Virus record (IMG/VR): IMGVR_UViG_3300035662_000013
Strand: one strand, 5' to 3'
Length of the DNA stretch: 64,000 nt
From: an uncultured virus (IMG/VR IMGVR_UViG_3300035662_000013)
Lineage: Duplodnaviria; Heunggongvirae; Uroviricota; Caudoviricetes
In this document: piece after piece, positions 58,924 to 64,000 of the stretch
Layout of the letters: each line of letters begins with the position of its first letter
Position numbering within the stretch: the first letter of the stretch is position 1
Program-made: the position numbers and the translations under genes
The notes under the pieces: model-generated
The model's input: only the letters and a program-made list of their open reading frames with translations
Databases searched by the model: none
What the model was told of the DNA's origin: nothing

Positions 58924-61467
58924 TTATTTCTCGCCAGAAACCTTATTAGCTCTAGCTGTTTTTGCTTTTAATTGTTCTCTTTTGTAGGCTGCATCATCTT
59001 TGGCTTTTTGAAGAACCTTGGCTTGCTCTACCTTGTATCTTTCAAGATTAAGTTTTGATTTCTCAATCTCTACCTTAGCTTGCTCTGCCTTCTCAGATGC
59101 GGCTACTTTTCTTTTTTCTATATCTATCTTAGCAGATTCAGCTCTCATTTTCTCTGACGCTTGCATAGCCTTATCAGCTATATCTGCATTCATTTGAGTT
59201 TGTTTTATGGCTAGATTTCCAAGTTCTATTGGATCTGGAACTCCATTCATATCTGCATCTAAATCCTCAGCGCCTCTATATGCGTTAAGCTGGGCAACAT
59301 ATATTCTAGTCTGATTATCAGTATCTATCTTATATTTCTCCATATCAAGCTCAGCAGACCTAAGCTGCATTTCAACTTGCTTGGCTTCGTTTTGGGCTTG
59401 TATAAGCTGCATTTGTCTATCATTCTCAGCTTGATTAGCCTGCTCTTGCAATTGCATCCTTTTCTCTTCAATGCGCTTCAACGCTTGCTTCATCTCTGTA
59501 ATATTATCAAGAGTTATAATCTCGGCAATATCAAGAAGCGTAGCTCCGTTCTGCATCGCAGGTTGATAAAGGCTTTTAACCATTTCAAGGTTTTGCATCT
59601 CTTTAGTTGAATCTACAACAAATATATCCATATCTTCATAGAAGAATGGCTCCTCTAATTCAAGGAATGTCCTTGTGGAATCATCAAGTATGTAATGTAA
59701 TTTAGTCTTACCTGAATCTCTCCATGCCTCTTTAGCTGTATTTATAAGCCCTTTTAAGACGTTCTTTTTACATTGGCTATGGGTCCAGAATAACGATTCA
59801 GTTATATATGCGGACTGCTGTACAGAGCGTTCAACATTTCCAACAAGCTCGCTACTTGATATAGAACCTTGTCTTTGCCTAGTTACACCAGATATTTCTG
59901 ATATCATATCTTCTATCTTAGACATAAGATTGACGTACTCTCCAATAACATTAGACATTGTTAAGTCCACTGCAGCTATCTGATTAAAGCCACTAGCCCT
60001 ACCTCCTTCTCTGCCTGGAATATCATATCCATTGTCGTATGGATTAATAAAGTTAACACCTACTGCAGATAAATAGTGCATCCATTTTGCTGGATCTATA
60101 TTCATGTCCTTAGGTATCTGCGTTATGTCCATATTAAGTACCTTACCTTTATCTCTAGCTAGCGCCAACTCAAGTCGATACCAAAGTATAATATACATAT
60201 ATTGAAGTGGCTTCATTATTGACACTAATGATTTTCCACCATTATATATTACGCCGAAGTATGGCAATTTCTGCGAATTTGGATTTTCTCTAGATACATG
60301 TTGGTATTCTATCGGCTGCACTCCTACGTATAAATCAGCCCCAATTCTGTAGCCTTCCCATACCTCAATAACCCATTTCCATTCAATAGACTCTTCTGTT
60401 CCAATAACCAAATAGTTCTCAGAGACAACAGTTTCTACCAATTCTCCATTATCGTCTATATACTTAACGAAGCCTATTTTCTTATATGATTTCCATGTAG
60501 CATGCCATACGTTAACGACATTTGAGTCAAAATTGTCTTCATTTCTAGGATTTGATATCATAGTGTCCATGTGCACGTAATCAACCATTGAATTCTTCAT
60601 AGGGCCGTATTTGCCTGATGTAGGTTTTTGTCCTGTAATATCCAATAGCTTGTCTAGGTCTTTTTCTGACATTTTATCGTACAATCTATCATATGCTTCT
60701 GTATAAGACATTCTCATTCGTCTGCAAGCCCAGTCTCCATCTTCAATGAATTCTAAGTCAGGTGCAGTGTCATGAGTGAAGTATAATGGATTTACTCGCT
60801 CCAATGTAGGATCCCCGTTTTGAATCCCTACATAAAATATCTCTTTAGAACCTTTTAGCAAGTCAGAGAATCCTTTATTAAATTCATGTCTCGTATTAAG
60901 CCTCTCCTTAAGATAACTCATTGCATGATATGCAGATGATTCTGCTACATCTTTATACTCTTTAGACATAAATGACGCAATCTTCTCAGGTGGCATAACC
61001 TCACCAGACTCAAGCTTAGCTTGAAATTCAGCAGCTTGTTCCTCTGACATTGATGCAGTTACAGATGCCATTACATATTCCATAAGCATTTGCTTCATAG
61101 AATCCTGCATATCTGATGCAGCTGATTGACTGGTCCTGGATATCTTATAATTGTCAGGCCTTTTAGTTTCCTCTCCAATTAAAAGGTCTATTTTTGGTTT
61201 TATTATATTGAAGTTCTGAGGTGAAGCAGGAAATCCATCTTCTTGATTAAATGGGTCTGTAACATACTTCAGGTCGTTTTTGTCAAAGATACTATTGTAT
61301 AGATCGTAGTTCGATTTCATTTCATCGAATTCAGTCTTGTCTCCAAACATCTTCGAGTTCTGCTCTCCACTACTTATTATGTAGTCGACGCATAGTTCTC
61401 CCCATTCCTCATCCTTTTGCTTCATTGGAAGCTTCTGTATTGGGAATGCAGTTATTTGATTTTTCAT
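58924..61467 (-). CDS. Portal protein
   Basis: FNIIKPKIDLLIGEE, WVIEVWEGY, WYRLELALARDKGK and GVTRQRQG motifs, then a C-terminal coiled coil. Follows the terminase. Confidence 0.9.
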   Translation of the reverse strand: MKNQITAFPIQKLPMKQKDEEWGELCVDYIISSGEQNSKMFGDKTEFDEMKSNYDLYNSIFDKNDLKYVTDPFNQEDGFPASPQNFNIIKPKIDLLIGEETKRPDNYKISRTSQSAASDMQDSMKQMLMEYVMASVTASMSEEQAAEFQAKLESGEVMPPEKIASFMSKEYKDVAESSAYHAMSYLKERLNTRHEFNKGFSDLLKGSKEIFYVGIQNGDPTLERVNPLYFTHDTAPDLEFIEDGDWACRRMRMSYTEAYDRLYDKMSEKDLDKLLDITGQKPTSGKYGPMKNSMVDYVHMDTMISNPRNEDNFDSNVVNVWHATWKSYKKIGFVKYIDDNGELVETVVSENYLVIGTEESIEWKWVIEVWEGYRIGADLYVGVQPIEYQHVSRENPNSQKLPYFGVIYNGGKSLVSIMKPLQYMYIILWYRLELALARDKGKVLNMDITQIPKDMNIDPAKWMHYLSAVGVNFINPYDNGYDIPGREGGRASGFNQIAAVDLTMSNVIGEYVNLMSKIEDMISEISGVTRQRQGSISSSELVGNVERSVQQSAYITESLFWTHSQCKKNVLKGLINTAKEAWRDSGKTKLHYILDDSTRTFLELEEPFFYEDMDIFVVDSTKEMQNLEMVKSLYQPAMQNGATLLDIAEIITLDNITEMKQALKRIEEKRMQLQEQANQAENDRQMQLIQAQNEAKQVEMQLRSAELDMEKYKIDTDNQTRIYVAQLNAYRGAEDLDADMNGVPDPIELGNLAIKQTQMNADIADKAMQASEKMRAESAKIDIEKRKVAASEKAEQAKVEIEKSKLNLERYKVEQAKVLQKAKDDAAYKREQLKAKTARANKVSGEK

Positions 61468-61473
61468 AAGCGC

Positions 61474-63522
61474 TTAAAAATTTAATAATGATTTTCTATT
61501 GTCTCTACCTGTTTCGAACCATTTAGAGCCAAATAATGGGACTTCAAAAAGCCTCATACTTTTTTCTTCTTCTGCTTTCTTTTTTACATGCAGATTATGT
61601 AATTGTTCTCTATATATCATCAAGCATTGCAGTGCTCTAACTCGGTCAAAGTTTCCTTTGCTATTATATTGAATTAGTTCTTCCAATAATGGCTCAGACA
61701 ATATTCTAGTTAAATTTTTGTATCCAGGAGCATATTCTTCGTTGAGCCAGTCCTTGATTAGTATCTCAGAGAAGTCTATTATACCCTTTGTCATGTGTAT
61801 GCCTTTCCGCCTATTTACGGTGGATTTAGATATAATATCTGATATAATGTCAGGCTGGTCTGCTAAAAGATAGTCACAGTGCTTATTAGTAAAGTACGTA
61901 TATAAGCCTTTTTTTTCATTCTCATATAGTAATCTAGCATTATAATACATCATTAGCTTACGCACATTCTCATAGTACTCATCAGCCGTATCAGGCCTAC
62001 CTGTATATTCAGCCACTATAATGTCATAGTACTCTTCAAAGTTTTGGAATCTTTTATATACTATAGTAGCTCCAAGTGATGTTGAATTAGCAGCTTCGTT
62101 AAAGTCATAAGGGTCATTGCCTGCTATATATAATCCTGCTGGTGCATCTTTCACTGGGTGCTCCCATATAACTATAGATCCTTCTTTCTTATCGTCTTTA
62201 CCTAATGGATATTTAGTAATATCTCCAGTCTTCTTTATAGTCCATTCAACCTGGCCATTTACCCAGTTTAAATCACCCACCTGTTTATGGTTTTGAAGCT
62301 TCTTGTTGACGCGTATAGCATTGAGCTGCGTCATTAGGTCTTTCTTCGGGAAGATGTTACCAGTGAGCTCTAAACAAGCCTCCTGGGGCGTCATTGGGTT
62401 CTCAGCTACATATCTATCTATTGCCCTTGAATCTGACGCTCCATCTATTACTTTCTTCCTCTCAGACATGGCAAAGTCAGTGGCTTTTTCCTTTAGACTA
62501 TTGCCAAACTTATCCATGTACAGCTTATTGCCTTTTGCATCAAGCATAGACATATTAGCCCATACAGGTACAAAGAAAGCACATTTAGTACCTTCAGCTC
62601 CAGTATCCCATATATTAGGGAAAGTCTTTACGTTATAACCATCTGCATGGTAGAACATCTCCTTTAATCCATCAAACCTACTACCTTCATCTCCGCCTGT
62701 ACCATACGCAATAAGCATAGCGTAAGCATATCCATCTTCTTCTACTGACGGTCTAGCTATTTGCCATGCTTGCAATATATCCTTGAAGGAACCAGCCTCC
62801 TCGAATAGTATTATCTTTCCACGTTTACCACGAATTTTATTTGGGTCATTCTTTAATGTAACCCCGATTATCTCAGATTTAAATCCAGCCTCAGTCTCGT
62901 TTCCAAACTCATCTTTGATTTTAAATCCAGACTTTCTATGCATTTTAGTTGTAACAAGCTTCTTTTTTGACCAAGCAGTATTGTTATCTATAAAGTCTAT
63001 TAAGTCCCATGCTTTTGATAAAACACCATCCTTTATTAGATATTCAGCCTCTGAGGCTACGGCATATGATTTAGATTCAGGGATTAAAGCGTAGTTTCTA
63101 ACGAGCATTGATGCGCCCTTGAATGAATATCCACTACCACGTTTCTTTAGAACAACCATATGTTTTCCATCATCTTCAGCATCTTGAACAGCTGTAAAGT
63201 AATGAGCATCGTAGTCATAGAAGTCAGGAAACTCCCTATTCTTCTCACGTCTAGTTTTTATATTTCCATTCCTATCTTTATACTGAATCTCTACAAGCCT
63301 TAATATAGGGCAGTAGTTTAAATAGAAATAGTTATACCCACTAATCCAATCTCCATTTGGAGCTGTATATCCGTCAAGACATCTAGACTCTTCTTTATCC
63401 CAGTATTCAGTATACTCGGTTGTCCCTTCTGGTGCAAAACAGTAAACCCCGTGCTTCTGGAAATGAAGCGCCGGGGCTTGAAAGTGTTCTACGTTCTTGT
63501 ATTTCTTATTGAAATTTACCAT
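61474..63522 (-). CDS. terL: Terminase large subunit
   Basis: KKRGSGYS Walker A variant, ILFEEAG Walker B, YGTGG, and nuclease motifs GNDPYD and NFDRV. Confidence 0.93.
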   Translation of the reverse strand: MVNFNKKYKNVEHFQAPALHFQKHGVYCFAPEGTTEYTEYWDKEESRCLDGYTAPNGDWISGYNYFYLNYCPILRLVEIQYKDRNGNIKTRREKNREFPDFYDYDAHYFTAVQDAEDDGKHMVVLKKRGSGYSFKGASMLVRNYALIPESKSYAVASEAEYLIKDGVLSKAWDLIDFIDNNTAWSKKKLVTTKMHRKSGFKIKDEFGNETEAGFKSEIIGVTLKNDPNKIRGKRGKIILFEEAGSFKDILQAWQIARPSVEEDGYAYAMLIAYGTGGDEGSRFDGLKEMFYHADGYNVKTFPNIWDTGAEGTKCAFFVPVWANMSMLDAKGNKLYMDKFGNSLKEKATDFAMSERKKVIDGASDSRAIDRYVAENPMTPQEACLELTGNIFPKKDLMTQLNAIRVNKKLQNHKQVGDLNWVNGQVEWTIKKTGDITKYPLGKDDKKEGSIVIWEHPVKDAPAGLYIAGNDPYDFNEAANSTSLGATIVYKRFQNFEEYYDIIVAEYTGRPDTADEYYENVRKLMMYYNARLLYENEKKGLYTYFTNKHCDYLLADQPDIISDIISKSTVNRRKGIHMTKGIIDFSEILIKDWLNEEYAPGYKNLTRILSEPLLEELIQYNSKGNFDRVRALQCLMIYREQLHNLHVKKKAEEEKSMRLFEVPLFGSKWFETGRDNRKSLLNF

Positions 63523-63800
63523 TTAAAAGTTTTTCTCAACCAGTTTAGGAACTTAAATTTTTCTTTCTTAGTAGGAGTAATATCCTCAGATGTAAATACA
63601 TCAAGGATGGCATTCTCTGGGATTGCCACATCTTCTACTGCAAGGACAACAATTTTAGGCTGCTCTTGTTTGTTCTTGTTATGTTTCTTACGTGGTTTAT
63701 AGTTTTTCTTAACCACTGGTTTAACTTGTTCGTTAATTACTTCTACTGTAGGCATCACTTCATTAGTGGCTTCCACCTTGTTTGCTTTTGTGTTTTTCAT
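63516..63800 (-). CDS. Small basic hypothetical protein
   Basis: 94 aa, K-rich, ending WLRKTFKW, overlapping the terL start. Confidence 0.6.
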   Translation of the reverse strand: MKNTKANKVEATNEVMPTVEVINEQVKPVVKKNYKPRKKHNKNKQEQPKIVVLAVEDVAIPENAILDVFTSEDITPTKKEKFKFLNWLRKTFKW

Positions 63801-63866
63801 AACATTAGTTTGTTTTACGTATAAAAACGTATATTATATTTAGTTGTTTATTTTGATTTATATTCC

Positions 63867-63998
63867 TTATATCAATATAGAAATATAACAGCCTGGATTA
63901 TCTTTGTCTACCGTATACCACTTGTTATCTATCTTCATAGGAAATGGGAGTATACAGTCCATATTATCATCCTCGATTATGTCGAATGCCACCATTAA
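63867..63998 (-). CDS. C-terminal fragment of probable RusA-like Holliday junction resolvase (5'-partial)
   Basis: Translated by hand: LMVAFDIIEDDNMDCILPFPMKIDNKWYTVDKDNPGCYISILI*. The I.DDN and DK.NPG motifs match RusA-like C-termini. Confidence 0.55.
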   Translation of the reverse strand, partial: LMVAFDIIEDDNMDCILPFPMKIDNKWYTVDKDNPGCYISILI

Positions 63999-64000
63999 GT

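Noticed and set aside
53615..59790. Further copies of the phased element (about 53617-53710 and 59740-59780)
   Set aside because: Only weak single-arm resemblance; cannot be supported without a profile search.
56301..63522. Introns or inteins in MCP, portal or terminase
   Set aside because: The ORFs are continuous, of ordinary length, and show no homing endonuclease or intein motifs.
9018..63800. Numerous short + strand ORFs, and short - strand ORFs in 1003-8314
   Set aside because: They are antisense shadows of long, motif-bearing genes and have no recognisable motifs.
1..64000. Stop-codon reassignment (TAG or TGA), known in some Crassvirales
   Set aside because: Very long ORFs are intact in code 11, genes tile densely, and both TAG (46151-46153) and TGA (e.g. 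5438-5440) act as apparent stops.
1..64000. Family-level assignment within Crassvirales and a specific host
   Set aside because: This needs TerL/MCP phylogeny and spacer matching, which could not be run.

Overview
About 64 kb of a crAss-like bacteriophage genome (Crassvirales type, likely Bacteroidota host), read in the standard genetic code. Positions 1-8934 (+) are the end of the replication arm: AAA ATPase, probable SSB, DnaG-type primase, a tRNA-like gene lacking its anticodon, an 'SCM-motif' protein paired with an M20/M28 Zn-peptidase, and a PD-(D/E)XK nuclease. This arm meets the minus-strand arm at a bidirectional terminator. In transcription order the minus arm holds a RusA-like fragment, terminase, portal, scaffold, major capsid protein, ring and auxiliary capsid proteins, tail fibres, a lysis cassette, an IHF-like protein, tail stabilisation/muzzle protein, and four ejected (cargo) proteins. 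The highlights are: (1) a 6070-aa virion RNA polymerase with a C-terminal train of NADAR, ART-like, SLOG, DUF1848 Fe-S and Dda-like helicase domains, next to a 2343-aa partner with P-loop, ART and zincin modules, suggesting an injected counter-defence and repair toolkit; (2) six dispersed 100-130 bp two-armed, helically phased DNA elements spaced every 6-9 kb, mostly inside coding linkers (candidate gyrase/DNA-wrapping sites); (3) an anticodon-less tRNA; (4) a split muzzle gene. All calls come from motif reading by eye; no searches were run.
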